DNA of 63,528 nucleotides, filler included, from Reclinomonas americana ATCC 50394 (GCA_048213135.1; 8 parts of 4 records of this genome joined end to end with filler, not necessarily neighbours in it); one strand, 5' to 3'. Counted from the first letter of the whole stretch, positions 1 to 18,505 are shown. The notes: generated by a model from the letters alone, not told the origin. Program-made: numbers and translations.

Positions 1-3000
1 CTCGTGCAGGTTTACCGCATTCTCGTTCGCCGAAGGATTCAATGCCGGCGGCGAAGGCGGTGAATCCAGCCGTGGTGGCAAGGCAGCTCCGGCTGCGGCT
101 GCCGCCAAGAAGCCTGCGGCACCGGCAAAGGGCGGCAAAGCTGGTCGTTGCGTCACACTGCTCTTTTCGCACTTTTCTCTCTGATTTCGCTCGCTGCTCA
201 CTGTTGGTTGCGCGATCACAGCTGGCGCGGCGGCTGGTTTCAACCTGGGTCCATTCACCATTAGTCCATTTACCGGCGTGGTGGAGCCGGATCAGACGGT
301 CACGGTCACGGTGGAGTTTGCGGCGCGGGGAGCTGCGCTGTTCTCGGAGGAGCTTGGCATTCACGTGCAGGATCGCGATTTCCGTGACCATCCCGAGGGC
401 ATCAAGTTCATCCTGGAGGGCGAGAGCGCCACTCCCGGCATTCTCTGCCGCGACTACGAGACCATCTTTGAGGAGCAGCAGGTGGTCAAGCAGCTGGACG
501 TCATGGCGCAGCAGCAGTGCGTGTTTGCAGAGGACCAGCGCGTCTTCTCGTTCGGCACTGTCCTTGCGCGCACCGAGGTGAGAATATTCGTGCATGTCGA
601 GTTTGGTGGGTGTTGTTGCTCAATTGTTTCTTGTGCGTGTGTCTCTAGGTTCGACAGCGCTTCCGCATTTCGAACCCCTTCAAGATTCCGTGCGACGTGA
701 CTGTGGCTCTGCGCAAGACCGACACCGCGCCGGAGATGGTGTTCGCCGTGGAACCCGATCGGCTCAGCATCCCACCGCACGACTACCGCTACGTCACTGT
801 CACGTTCAAGCCGCAGTCGCTGAACGCCTTCTCGGCGACCTTTGTCGCCACCGTGGTCAACGGACCCGACGCCAAGACGAACAATTTGACGTTTGATCTG
901 CGCGGCGACGGTACGCTCCCTCGCATCAGCGTGCTGCGCCCGGCCGATCGGCTGCCGACGGGCCAGCTGCCGCTGCCGTTCCCGCGCACGTTTATCGGCA
1001 AGACCTCCAAGTCGTCGATTGCCGTGCGCAACGACGGAGTCCTGCCGGCATCGTTCCGCTTTGATCTGCCGCAGCACGCGGCCTTCTCGTTCGCGCAGCG
1101 AGGCCGCGATCTCAGTTGCGCACGCCGCTGTTTTATATTTGTTGCCTGTTGATGACCTGACCTGGCGATCGGCACAGCTCTCGCGCCACGTGAGCAAATG
1201 GAACTGGAGGCACTCTTCTGCCCGACGGCAACCGAAAAGTACCAGGCCGAGATGAAGATCATTGTGTTCAACAACTCGTTCGAGGTGCGTTTGTTTGTGT
1301 GTATCAATCTGCCTCCACTCGCACGCCTGTGTCACTCATTCACTTCTCTCTTTCCCTCCTGCAGCAATCGACATTCTTGCTCACGGGCGAGGGCTTCACC
1401 GAGGACCTCACGCTGGAGGACCTGAAGTTGGATGCCACCGACGTGTTGCAACTGGGCGACTGTGCTGTGGGCGCCTCCAAGGATGCCGCATTCACGATTG
1501 CCAATCACTCTGGTCGGTGCTTCCGCTTCGAGTGGCAAGTGCCGAATCCGGCCGTCACCGTGTCTCCGCAAGTTGGCCATCTGCACCCGCACGCTCGCAA
1601 GGACGTGGTGATTAGCGTATCATCGGCGCAGGCCGTGGACATTGCCAAGGTGCAGTGCATGCTCAAGGCGGTGGAGGTGCGCCACTCGTCGGAGGACACC
1701 AACGACTGGGACGATCGCATGAAGAGTGTGCGGTGGGAAGACGCGCCGCCTGCCGCTGCCGGTGCCGCCGGGTCGTCGTCATCAGCGCCAAGTGCTCGCA
1801 GTCCACCGACTGCGCCTGGTCGGAAAGTGCGCGTGGTCGAGGTCGATCGCGAGCCTCCTGTGCAGCCAGTGGCTGGCGCGGCGCCGATCCAGAAGCAAGT
1901 GCAAGTCAGCGCCAAGATCGGCTACAGCCGCTTCGAGTGCGCCACCACAGCGGTTGCCTTCAAGCCGACGCTCCTGTTCCAGTCGCGCGTCTTCAAGTTC
2001 CCCTTGCGCAACACTGGCCTCGTGGCGTTGCACTTTGCGTGGGCGATGGAGCACGCGGACGAAGCCGGTGTGGTGGAGGACGAGTCGTCGTTCTCGGTGG
2101 CGCCGCGCACCGGCGTCATTGCACCGGGCGATCAGCAAGAGATCACAGTGCGATACTCGCCAAACGACGTCGACTCGCATCGCGCTGCGCTGGCGTTGGA
2201 GGTGGCCAACTTGGACCCGAGTCTGCGCCCCGTGCGCATTCCGCTCACTGGTCAGACGCTCTGTCCTGCGGTGCACTTTGAGGTGCCATTCAGCTCCTAC
2301 AAGCACAACACCGATCTTCCGGGCCCCGGTGGCAAGTTTGGTCCGCTCGACCCGGAGACGCGCGTCATTGAGTTTGAGTCGAAGGGCGTCAAGATCCGCA
2401 ACACCAAGCGATTCTACATTCTCAACCCGACCAACACCATGTACGAGGTGCGTGCCATCGCCACTGCCACCGCCATCACAGTTGTCATTCATTAAGATCG
2501 TGTTGCTCAATCTGTGTGACTACCCACCAATCGCAGTTCTTCTTCGAGTCAGAAGATGGTGAGTCGTCTGCGTACCCGGCCTTCAAGTGCCTCACGCCGC
2601 ACGGACTGGTGGCGTCGGGCAAGAAGTTTGAGATTGTGTTCGAGTTTACGCCCGACGCGCTCGCCACGGTGGAGTCGTTCTGGCGCTTCCGCATACCGAG
2701 TTTCAAGGTGTCCCAGCCGTTCATGCTGGTCGGCAAGGCACTGGAACCCGATCTGGTACTCGACAGAACCTTCATCAACTTCCACCACCTCCTGGTTGGC
2801 GCGTACTCGCGAGAGGTGGTGCATCTGGTGAACCGCGAGATTGTGCCGTACACATTCTCGTTTGACGAGAAGACCTTGGAGACTGGCGACGAGCAGCCTG
2901 TGCTCAGCGTCTCTCCACTGTCTGGTGTGGTCGGTCCGGAGAGTCAGTTGCCCATTGAGGTGCGTGCGTGCATGCGTGTGCCTGGTGAGTGACGTGGAGC

Positions 3001-3414
3001 TGCTTGCTCACTCGTCGTTTATCACACAGATTGTGTTCAATCCACGCGCGGAAAAGAGCTTCAACTTCAACTTGGTGTGCAACGTGCGCAAGAAGCCCTC
3101 ACACATCACTCTCAATGTGAAGGGCGAAGGCTTCATGGTGCACGACGAGATTCAGCTGGTGGCACACGATGGACAGACGATGCCTCTTGCCGCCGGCGTC
3201 ACCAATCGCATTGACTTTGGCGAGGTGTCGGTCAACGAACGCCACGTGCGCAAGTTGCGCGTCCTCAACCACGGCAAGTACAACTTTGACTTTTCCTGGA
3301 CGCTGCCGTCGCATCCGTATCTCGGCCTCACGCCAAGTACGTCGCCTGCATGTTTTGAGCCCCTCAGATCGCTTTTCTCATTTTGCGTGCAGAGCTGGGC
3401 ACGGTGAGCCGTGG
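1..3414 (+). CDS. HYDIN: HYDIN-like axonemal central-pair protein, internal multi-exon part (5' end outside window)
   Basis: Spliced reading of ORFs 278..700, 697..1152, 1299..2495, 2516..2992 and 2841..3407 gives tandem ASH/PapD-like modules and HYDIN-like motifs (NDWDDRMKSVRW, FKPTLLFQSRVFKFPLRNTG, LDPETRVIEFESKGVKIRNTKRFYILNPTN, FNFNLVCNVRKK). Phase-compatible GT-AG introns include 578-648, 1115-1177 and 2448-2536. Confidence 0.85.
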
Positions 3415-3448
3415 ANNNNNNNNNNNNNNNNNNNNNNNNNNNNNNNNN

Positions 3449-5560
3449 TACCAGCTGCTCCGTCTTGGCCGGCACCACCACCGACGGTGGCACCTGCACA
3501 TCCTCGCTTGGACATTGCACAGTGAGGGTGACGGGCCGATCGAGAGGGTTGTCCACCATCACTCCGCCCTCGATGCGTTGCCGTGTCGGCGCCTCCATCA
3601 CCACCTCACGCGGGGCGGCATTCGACGTGGTCACCGTCACCGGACGCACAATGTACTCGCCCGAGTCGTCGTTGGTGAAGCGCACGGTGCCAGAGGTGGC
3701 GCGTGCCTTGTAGTCGCACACCGACAGCTTGTAGGTACGCTCCTGGTTGCCGGGCACATCGAGGTAATCGAGACCCTCGATGCGGCACGCTCCATCGGTC
3801 GCAAACTCTCGCTGCACACGGAATCGCTGCGGCACCGGCAGCCAGTTGCGCACAGGGATCGACACCGACTGCGTCACCTTGGCCGGCATGTTGTGCTCGA
3901 TCTTGGAGGCGTCGGCCGGTGGATCCGAGTTGCCAGTGAGACCGTACAGCAGCGCACTAAGAGAGAGACGACGAGTCAGTTGCAGGCCACACCATGGCAC
4001 AGGCTGGCTTCCTTTTTCACGACGCACCTGCCGTCCGGCAACGGAATGAACAAGGAGCCAGAGTGTGGTGCACCCTTGGTCATCGACAGCGGCCGATACG
4101 CGATGCGGTACTTGACAGTCTGCTTCGGTGGCACCTCCACTCGGTCGGCGCCGCTAAACGCTTCGTGCGAAAAATTCGGTCGCAGCACCCATCTCTCGTC
4201 GGTCGGATTGTTAATGTCCACCTGCTCAGCCGCCTCCTCGCGAACACGAGCCTGCGACACGCGCATGTAAGTGCACACACAGTCACACATGATGCAAGTA
4301 AAAATGAGTGTGCAATAGGCGCGCGCACCTTGAAGTTGACTTGCTTGGTCTGGCTGGGCTGATCGACGCACATGCCCATTAGTGTCAGGAAGAGTGGATC
4401 GGAGCCCTCGATAAACAGTGGGATGTGATCGGCCACAATGTCCGGGTTCAGCTGCTTCGGTTCAAAGGTGACGGTGAATGCAAAATCGCTGCCGGCCGGA
4501 GCGTACCCCTGTTGGTTGACGCAGAAAAAATTGATGTGAGCGAAAGAGACGTCATTGTTTTTTTGGTCCCGCACTCCACACACACATACCTCCAACGGTG
4601 ACATTGTAAAGTGAGGCTGGAACTGCACAGGGCTCCACTGGAATTTGACGCCAACATCTCCCGTGTTCTCCAAGTTTAGTCTCCTCACCACGCTGGTGCC
4701 ACGCACCACAGCACCAAACGACAGGCTGCGCCAAGCACACACAGCATGCTCGTCAGTCACGAGCAAAGACTGCAAAAAGAATAAAACTGCGATCGGATAC
4801 ACACCTGGACGACTCCAGCTTCACTTCCACGCCCTGGCACGACCCGGAGACGACCGCCAGCGGCTGCCTTGTGGCTGTGATAGGGCGGAAAAAAGAAGGT
4901 GGAATCAGCGTCATTGGGCACGCATGTCGGCAGATCAGTAACAGCGAGAGAGACACACGCACCTGCCACGTCAATAAAGACGTTCTCGCTGAACGGACGC
5001 AAGCGCGACGGTGGTGCAAAGGTGAACTCCACAGGGAACTGTTCGCGCGGTCGCAGCAACTGCGGCCGTGTGAGGTTGCACGTGACGAAATTCTTGGCCA
5101 ACGCCGCCAGCGACTCTTCCGTGACCACCACTGGGGCCGCAACGCGGCTCCTGTTCACAATCATCACCTCCTTGCGCGTCAAGTCTCCCACACGCACAGT
5201 GCCGAGACCGAGCGTGGTCTGCGCTGGATTCATCAGGTCGACCTTTGGTACAATGCCCTCGCCACTGATCGACACGTTGACCGTGTACAGGCCGTTGATC
5301 TCAAACGGCACCACGGTCGTGTACTTTTCGACCTTGCGCGGATGGAACAGGATCTACACCAAGACGAGAAAGTCAGGCACTGGTGGAATATGGACTGAAA
5401 TCGGCGACCGCCACAGACCTCCACTGCGCGTTGCTCCCGAGGTGCGAGCACACTGGCAGCGGCTCGGACCTCCAAGTGCTCCTGGTTCTCGTACAACACG
5501 TCGAAACTGATTTCCTTGTTATCATCGTTGCTGATGATGAGCATGGTTCTCTGTGCGCGC
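3449..5560 (-). CDS. HYDIN: Continuation (more C-terminal exons) of the HYDIN-like gene on an inverted contig
   Basis: Minus-strand exons encode VPFEINGLYTVNVSISGEG, LSFGAVVRGTSVVRRLNLENTGDVGVKFQW, YRPLSMT..HSGSLFIPLPDG and VRNWLPVPQRFRV..IEGLDYLDVPG. These are HYDIN C-terminal-type motifs. The segment is bounded by N gaps on both sides. Confidence 0.8.
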
Positions 5561-5612
5561 AAGTGTGAGAACAGGCGAGAGAGCACGCAGTGTGCTGTGG
5601 TGGTGGTAGTGG

Positions 5613-5712
5613 NNNNNNNNNNNNNNNNNNNNNNNNNNNNNNNNNNNNNNNNNNNNTTAATTAATTAANNNNNNNNNNNNNNNNNNNNNNNNNNNNNNNN
5701 NNNNNNNNNNNN
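5613..5712. other. Artificial 100-bp scaffolding spacer N44-TTAATTAATTAA-N44 (linker also at 21924, 31860, 38549, 42003, 55310, 58833)
   Basis: An identical six-frame stop linker embedded in N runs seven times. Actin, MFS, TM9SF and CDC50 continue across it. Confidence 0.97.
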
Positions 5713-8535
5713 TAGAGACGATGGTGGCGGACCGGCGGTACGCGGCATTTGTTGATGACCGTTGGCGGCCTGCTATCCAGTGAAAAGTGAGAGACAGAAG
5801 GTGTGGTGTGTACGACAGGGGGGGAAGAGAAGACCGCTCACCATTTGCCTCTGTTGAGTCACGTATGCGTAGTATTGCTGGTGCTGAGCATGCTGCTGCT
5901 GTTGTTGTTGTTGTTGTTGAGCATGCTGCTGCTGCTGTTGTTGTTGTTGTTGTTGTTGCTGCTGCTGCTGCTGCTGTACAGCGTACGCTTGGTGATGCAT
6001 GTGTTGCGGCGCCGCAGCGTACATCATGTGTGTCGGAGGCACTGCGGCGGCATTCCGCGGAGCTTGTACCACCTGCGGCTGCGACTGCGGTGGCGGCGAT
6101 GGACTCGGTGCCTGCTCGACGTGAGCGACAGAGGAGGAAATGCAACAGAAAACGACGCTGAACGGAGACGCACCACTGTGTTGTACCCGTACGGTGACGG
6201 CGCCGGTGCGTATGTAGGCGGTGGTGTGGGAGCAGCAGCAGGGATGCCACTGCGCATGGCCTGTGGCTGTGGAGGCGGCACCGACGACATGGGAACCACT
6301 TGCGACGGTGGCGGCCCAGAATATGCCGTGGGTGGTGGCACTGGATGCATCGGTTGAGGCGTTGGTACAGCCGTGGGAGGCGGCGACGGCGCTGCCATGG
6401 GCACGTATGCTGGACTGTGCGGCATGGTGGGAACAGCAACTGGTGGCCGTCGCGATGCTTGTGAGCCGGGAGCCGGGGCCGGCATGTTGGTCGGTGCCGA
6501 CATGCGACCGCCACCGCGCGACTGTGTACGCCGGCAGTCGTGAGATGGGAGGGAGGGGGAGAGAGAGGGAGACGAAAAATTGTACGTGCCATACTGCCGT
6601 CGTGGGAGGCATCCTCTTCGGATTCGAAGAGAATCGAGATGGCGGAGCGACTGGGTCCACGCGACGCCAGTGCACCGACACTGTGTTGCGCCTGCAGGAC
6701 GAAGGATCGAGCTGCACTGCCACCCAACTCTGCCGTCCATCCCACCGCGCTTCGCGAGGCTTGCGCACTCGGCACGTAGTGCCACCACTCGCCAACATGG
6801 TGATTGCCGACGAGTGTGCTCGAGCTGCGGTCCTCGAACAATCCACCATCGAGACCAAGTGTGCCGTCGTCGTACATGCTGCGTGTGACAGCGTGTGAGT
6901 CGCAGCACCACACACGTGCACCAAACAACATCTATGCAACTTGCGATGTGAGATCAGGCCTCGCAGCCGACTCGGACGTCCGTGAGAACGCGTCGGCACA
7001 TTCCTGTTGTGCACACTGTCAACAGCAATCACCACAAGTTAGATGCAGTCACACACAACACCACGTACCATGATGCCTCCGGTGATTCGCGACTGTCGCG
7101 CTCCACTCGCGCCCGCTTCACCGGGGGTACACAGAGGGGGAACAAAAAAAGGAGTCAAGGGCACAGAACAACAGACGGTGAGGTGAATGCACACTGCTCT
7201 CAATGACAAGAAGGATATGATGCACGCTGGCGAGCTTGGCGGGATCGTCTGCGACGCGTTTGCGATCGAGCGATGCCAAGTCCGCGTGGCTGTCAGTGGC
7301 GTCGGCGGCGGCGGCGGCGGCAGTGGCGGTGGTGGCAGCAGTGGTAGTGGCGGGAGCAACGGCGGCCGCAGTCGTCGTGCGTGTTGTGCCATTTGCATCC
7401 GCCACACTCGGCTGCACGACACAAGTCTCGTTGGTGAGCAGGAAGACGGAGACACACACTCGCACCCCTCGCATCACCTTGCGACGCTCGCGTCCATTCT
7501 CGCGCACCGGACCATGGCAGTGGAGGCGGTGGGCCGGCATGAAGGACGACTTCAAAATGCGCCGGCACGAGTGACACATGGTGACCGAAAGTGGTTCGTA
7601 CAACGGGTGGTGGCCGACAATGGGTTCCACTGCGTGAGAAGGTCACAGGAGAGACAAGAAATCATACAGAGAGAGCGAGGAGTCACGGAACGTGTCGACG
7701 GGAGGGCAACCAGCGTGTTGCACAATCCTGCAAGCCAACGCTGTGAGTGCTCAAAAACATGGGAGAGCCGAGACGGACGGGCAAGCAGCGTCACCCACCG
7801 TGGCGATCGTAGCCGGTCTCCAGCAGCCGCAATGCATCGCACCACCGCGTTCCTCGCTCCACGCCCAAAAACGAGTCCGCGATCGGTCTGTCGCGCGCGC
7901 GTCAACAAATGATTGATTGGAGGAAGGAGGAAGACAAGAGCGCGGTGACACGCAACTGCGCTGCCGTAGACGACGACGCCGACAAGGGCGCGACAGGCGC
8001 CATGGCCGGCGTACCCGGCGACAAGAGCGGCGACATGGGAATGCTGCTGTGATGATGCGCAGTGATCGACACCGATCCCGACGACGACGACAGCGGCGAC
8101 GACAGTGACAGTGGAGGAGGCGGCGACATGCGAGTGGAGACAAACGCAGAGGACGACGAGGGGAGTGGAGGAAGCGGAGGGACGGTGCGCTGGGGAGTGC
8201 GTGAGGCGACTGTTGCTGCTGCTGGGGGGAGAGCAGTGGCCAGTGAGGAGGAGGAGAAGGAGGAGCTCAGATCAGTCACTGCTCCTCCGTCGCCACTGTT
8301 GGCGCTGTTGAGCAGCAGCAGGAGAGGTGTGATGCCGGAGGCCAGTCGCTCCAAGCTGATGCCTTGGAGGATGCCGGGCAATGTACGCGTCACTTGCTCA
8401 ATGTCTGGAGTGTGCGCGTGTCAGTTGGTGTGTGCGCGTGCGTGCGCGCGCGTGTGTGCTTGGCGCTGCGACGCAACGTGTGACAAGAGTGGCGAGGGTG
8501 TCGGCACTGTCACCAGAGGCCGCTTGCGACGACAT
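5713..8535 (-). CDS. Ataxin-7/Sgf73-like protein (zinc finger plus Pro-rich and poly-Q regions), multi-exon
   Basis: The exon around 7510-7630 encodes VGHHPLYEPLSVTMCHSCRRILKSSFMPAHRLHC, resembling the ATXN7/Sgf73 N-terminal CxxC-x11-HxxxC finger. ATG at 8535, donor C|GTTGCG at 8477, poly-Q at about 5890-5976. No SCA7 domain was clearly identified. Confidence 0.45.
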
Positions 8536-9623
8536 TATGAGCGCTCCGCAACAACGCAAACACAAAACGAGCATGCAGGACAAGGCAATTGATATCGCGA
8601 CCGCGAAGTTGCTGTTCATCTCTATTCACCCACGCACGCTCTGCTTCTTTTGATCGAGCGTCTCACATTCGTGTCTCCTTTACTCATGGATGAGACGCGA
8701 AGGCCGGGTCATCTTGTTGGATCGTGCCCGGCACATCTCCACTGCAACTGCGACTGGTGACCGAGACCGATCTCCAGCGTGGACGTCACTGACACCCACG
8801 AGCACTGACAAGCATAGGCGCACGAATCTGTGGAGCGGAGCACAAAATATAGTCAGGAAAGCCTTGTCCACGACAACAGACGATCCAAGCGATCGAAAAA
8901 AAGTGTACCGGCTTGAGCCACGGTCTTCTCGCGCAGCACAGACGGTGAGAAGATGTGGTTCCGGAAGNNNNNNNNNNNNNNNNNNNNNNNNNNNNNNNNN
9001 NNNNNNNNNNNNNNNNNNNNNNNNNNNNNNNNNNNNNNNNNNNNNNNNNNNNNNNNNNNNNNNNNNNNNNNNNNNNNNNNNNNNNNNNNNNNNNNNNNNN
9101 NNNNNNNNNNNNNNNNNNNNNNNNNNNNNNNNNNNNNNNNNNNNNNNNNNNNNNNNNNNNNNNNNNNNNNNNNNNNNNNNNNNNNNNNNNNNNNNNNNNN
9201 NNNNNNNNNNNNNNNNNNNNNNNNNNNNNNNNNNNNNNNNNNNNNNNNNNNNNNNNNNNNNNNNNNNNNNNNNNNNNNNNNNNNNNNNNNNNNNNNNNNN
9301 NNNNNNNNNNNNNNNNNNNNNNNNNNNNNNNNNNNNNNNNNNNNNNNNNNNNNNNNNNNNNNNNNNNNNNNNNNNNNNNNNNNNNNNNNNNNNNNNNNNN
9401 NNNNNNNNNNNNNNNNNNNNNNNNNNNNNNNNNNNNNNNNNNNNNNNNNNNNNNNNNNNNNNNNNNNNNNNNNNNNNNNNNNNNNNNNNNNNNNNNNNNN
9501 NNNNNNNNNNNNNNNNNNNNNNNNNNNNNNNNNNNNNNNNNNNNNNNNNNNNNNNNNNNNNNNNNNNNNNNNNNNNNNNNNNNNNNNNNNNNNNNNNNNN
9601 NNNNNNNNNNNNNNNNNNNNNNN

Positions 9624-10426
9624 GTCTCATGTTTTTTTCGCTGGTTTTTTTGCGACATGCCATGGCTCACTTGCTCTCTCTCTTTCTCTCAGGCGCGGCC
9701 AATGGCGTGTCGGCGATTATAACGAGGTGAGTGACTTTAACACATACACACATACAGCGCGCGATGGAAAGAGAGACTGAGTGTGATCGATCACATATGC
9801 ACACAGTCATCCACTCGATTGCATCAAGACGCGCATGCAAGCCGAGCGACTGGGCGTTGTGTCGCGAGTTTCGTGCACATGTCTCTCTCCTTTTCTCTCT
9901 CCTCTTTTTGCTGAGCTGTGATCATCATCGCATCATAGAGTCAGAAACTGCTGGGCACATGGGGCGTCGGGCGAGCTATTGTGCGCGAGAGTGGCATTCG
10001 TGGACTGTATCGTGGCGCGCTGCCTCCGCTCTTTGGTGCGCCATAATGTGGCCCCTTCTCTCTCACACACACGCAAAGTCTCTCTCTGTCTCTCTGAACC
10101 AGTGTCGCAGGCACTGCATTGCTCCGATCGGTGCAGTTCGGATCGTACGCGTGGGGAATGGATGTGTGCAAGCAGCTGCCAGCGGGACCCAAGTTCTTCG
10201 GTGCCAGCTGGTCGGTGTGGGCGGCCGGTGCCTTTGCTGGGTCCGTGTGTTTGTTAAAGCAGGGAGGAGGGACGAGACAAGCAGGCGATCGTTGACGCTT
10301 TGGTTGTTGCAGGTTTGCTCGTACGTTTTTTGAGGTTCCGCTGGAGCTTGTCAAGGTCCGGCAGCAGGTGGAAATGTCGTGGAACTGGCGCTCGCTCTAT
10401 CTTGGTTTCATGCCGACCATGATAAG
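9624..10426 (+). CDS. Mitochondrial carrier family (SLC25) protein, partial, multi-exon
   Basis: Short exons give GAANGVSAIIT / HPLDCIKTRMQA / IVRESGIRGLYRGALPPL / SVQFGS / FFEVPLELVKVRQQV..LYLGFMPTMIR, containing two Px[DE]xx[KR]xR carrier signatures. Both ends are lost in N gaps. Confidence 0.85.
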
Positions 10427-11053
10427 GTGAGGTGAACGGGCGCGCACCTGCTGTCGGTTTGGCTGAAGAAAAACGGCTGGCGCACAGAAATGTTGTGTTG
10501 TGCGGTCTANNNNNNNNNNNNNNNNNNNNNNNNNNNNNNNNNNNNNNNNNNNNNNNNNNNNNNNNNNNNNNNNNNNNNNNNNNNNNNNNNNNNNNNNNNN
10601 NNNNNNNNNNNNNNNNNNNNNNNNNNNNNNNNNNNNNNNNNNNNNNNNNNNNNNNNNNNNNNNNNNNNNNNNNNNNNNNNNNNNNNNNNNNNNNNNNNNN
10701 NNNNNNNNNNNNNNNNNNNNNNNNNNNNNNNNNNNNNNNNNNNNNNNNNNNNNNNNNNNNNNNNNNNNNNNNNNNNNNNNNNNNNNNNNNNNNNNNNNNN
10801 NNNNNNNNNNNNNNNNNNNNNNNNNNNNNNNNNNNNNNNNNNNNNNNNNNNNNNNNNNNNNNNNNNNNNNNNNNNNNNNNNNNNNNNNNNNNNNNNNNNN
10901 NNNNNNNNNNNNNNNNNNNNNNNNNNNNNNNNNNNNNNNNNNNNNNNNNNNNNNNNNNNNNNNNNNNNNNNNNNNNNNNNNNNNNNNNNNNNNNNNNNNN
11001 NNNNNNNNNNNNNNNNNNNNNNNNNNNNNNNNNNNNNNNNNNNNNNNNNNNNN

Positions 11054-15893
<4,840 letters not shown>

Positions 15894-16380
15894 GGCGCTC
15901 TTCTCCCCCTGTCCTCACGGAATGTGGGTGTGTGTGAATGTAAGAGAGTGAGGGAGTGTGTGTGTAAGTGTGTGTGCGAAGAAGAGGTGACGCTCTTCTG
16001 CCCACTTGTGGCGGGAACGATGAATGACGGAAGTGCGCGTGTCCTGCATGTGGTGGAGAACTTCGTCAGGGTGAACGGGCTCAAGCAGTGAGGATACGTG
16101 TAGTCATACGAGCAGTGACGTACGACGGCCTTGGATATTGCGAGCGGTGAGCAGCAACGTCGACGTCGGAGATACAGCGCGCTCAGTTTTTGGCTGCAGA
16201 GGTCGTCAACTCGCGATTACAAGGGCTCATCCTCCTGTTGAGCAGGGGGACTCGACAAGTTGCAGAACAACGCGAAGAAAACACCGTTGCTACAATCGAC
16301 GTCTATCGATATGTATCGAGATATCGAGATTGCGGTGCGCAAATGCAACCACACCGATCGCGCCTGCAGCTGTACTCCCC

Positions 16381-16475
16381 AGCAACAACAACAAATTTAC
16401 TACTCCAAATAGTAGCAACACAGCTGCATGATGATCACCATCTTGAGTGAGCATCAGAAACTGAGACATCGGAAA
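16381..16475 (-). repeat. Dispersed short repeat copy (SINE/LINE 3'-end-like)
   Basis: AACAACAACAAATTTACTACTCCAAATAGTAGCAACACAGCTGCATGATGATCACCATCTTGAGTGAGCATCAGAAACTGAGACATCGGAAA aligns with the reverse complement of about 43460-43557. Confidence 0.85.
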
Positions 16476-16697
16476 TAGTGAGTTCGAGAAAAATCGAGAT
16501 TCCTGATGATGAAGAGACACGCCTCATGGCAAGCATGGATTGAAGCAGTTGGACTCAACACATCCGCTTCCCACCTCGTGTCTCGCAGTGGCACAATGTG
16601 CGGTCGTATTCCAAGAACAGGCAGGCGCAGCGAGAAATCAAAGGAGTTGTTCCAAGACAAAACATCGTCGCGCATGCATGCATTATTTTCAAGGGAG

Positions 16698-18505
16698 TTA
16701 CATGAACATGTCTGCAGCCACGGCACCGTCCAACATGCCGTAGCCCAAATCATTAGGACCTTCGCACCCACCGGCGACTCCGTCGTCGCCAAAGGAGCTG
16801 CCGCAAAGCAGCGAAAAACTGGACATGGAGGGGACCTCGCAGAGGCCATCCTCTACCGCACTGCCAGCCGTGCGTGCCGACAGGAAGGGTGATGGTACCG
16901 GCAGTGAATCCATACTGCCGTGTGATGTCGACGGGCACACCGACGACATGCCGGACCCGGGCAACGCCAGTGGCAACTCGCCCACCAGTGCTAGTCTGCT
17001 GCCACTGCCGACAGTGCTGCTGCTGCTGCTGCCCGAGTGGCACATGCCGGTGCCAGCTGTGCTGGCCAAGTGCAAGGCCGGGTCGCACAGCTCGCGCAAC
17101 GCCGCCTGCATTCCGGCCTGATATCCGAGACGCACCAGGTACTCCACCGTGCTGTTGCCGGCCGGCGCCTTGCCTGCCGCTGTGCCAGTGGCAGAGCATA
17201 ACCTGACCGCCGGCGACAGCGCCGATGATTCGGCCGGGGGCGCGGGGGTGGTGGCGGTCATGGAGACCATGCTCGCCGGCGACGCCTGGCCGGCCGCGGC
17301 GCTGGCCGCCTCCACCTTGAAAGACGAGGGCGAAAAGTGTGTGTTGATGGGACTGGCTCGCTTCTGAGTGGTGAACCGGAACGGAGACAGGCGTGACCTG
17401 GCGGTCGCCGTCACTGCCGCTGTTGATGAGGAGGAAGAGGAGGAAGATGGCAGTGCCGGTATTGAGGAAGTGTCGTCGGATGCCGGGGTAACAGCAGCAG
17501 GCGTAGTAGCCGGAGATGTACATGTGGAGAGCCACGCACTGGCGATTGGCAACGGTTGCAGCATCGGCGGAGGCGGCAGCAGATGCATCTGCACCACACA
17601 AACGGAGGTAAGCGAATCCGAATGAGACTGGAATATGCACCCCGCTGCGGCGCATGCAAGGGAATACGGGCCACCACACTCACCGGTACACATTGCTGCA
17701 GCGGCTGTACTAGTGACTCCTCCTGCTCCTCCTCCACCTCCTCCTCCTCATCATCATCCTCCTCGACCATGGCCGCCGCGGGACCGGCCAGGCGCCACGT
17801 GTGGTGGCCATGTTGCTGGCGCGGCTGAGAATCGTCACTCAACGACTCCTCGCCCACATCGTGCGGCATCCTCATCATCTCGTCGTCACCATCGTCCTCC
17901 TCATCGTCATCGTCGTCTTCGTCACCATCGAGTTGAGTGCGACGAGCGCGAACCAATGGGCGGGGCGCCCGTTGCGGACCGCCGCAGCTCGGCGGCAGCA
18001 GATACATGGGCATGCCGCCGCGTCGCTTGAGCAGGCTGCGGTACTTTTGCAGGTGTGACTTGACGTGGAGCAGCGTGAAATCCTTTTCTGTGTGGACGGA
18101 ATGAGTGACCAGAAGAAAAATCGGCAGTTTTTAGTGCACCACAAACCTCGCAGCACACCGGCAGTGTCGAGCGACATCATGATGGTTCGAATCGGTTTCG
18201 GCGCCACCACTAATACATAGCAAACAATAAGTACACGCTCTCCCTTGCATGCACGCCGCAGCAGCAGTGGCAATTCACAGCCACGTACAAACAAAAGAAT
18301 GAGAGAGAAGACCTTGTCTGACACACACAAGGCGCACATTTTTCCACGATATGCACCCCCAGGAAAGGCAATTGCGAATATGCGGGGTTTCGGACACGCA
18401 CACACATACTTCTCACGCACCGCGACCATCGCGCTTGAGCACCTCCAGCGCCGCCAGAAACAGCTCGTGCAGCTCGTCAGACCAGCGGAAACGACCGTGC
18501 TTCAT
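16698..18505 (-). CDS. GARP/G2-like (SHLQKY-class Myb) transcription factor, multi-exon
   Basis: Three small exons give MKHGRFRWSDELHELFLAALEVL / VAPKPIRTIMMSLD / FTLLHVKSHLQKYR, the GARP DNA-binding domain, followed by acidic and Ser/Ala-rich regions. The exact 5' and 3' ends are uncertain. Confidence 0.85.

Noticed and set aside
3415..5612. HYDIN exons on opposite strands (possible gene scrambling or trans-splicing)
   Set aside because: The strand switch coincides exactly with N gaps, so a mis-oriented contig is the simpler explanation. Long reads would settle it.
8680..8967. Possible inverted piece of the mitochondrial carrier gene
   Set aside because: No carrier signature or phase-compatible junction could be established.
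18184..18210. tRNA-like 3' end GGTTCGAATC...GCCACCA
   Set aside because: The T-stem does not pair, no cloverleaf forms upstream, and it is the antisense of the GARP exon VAPKPIRTIMM.
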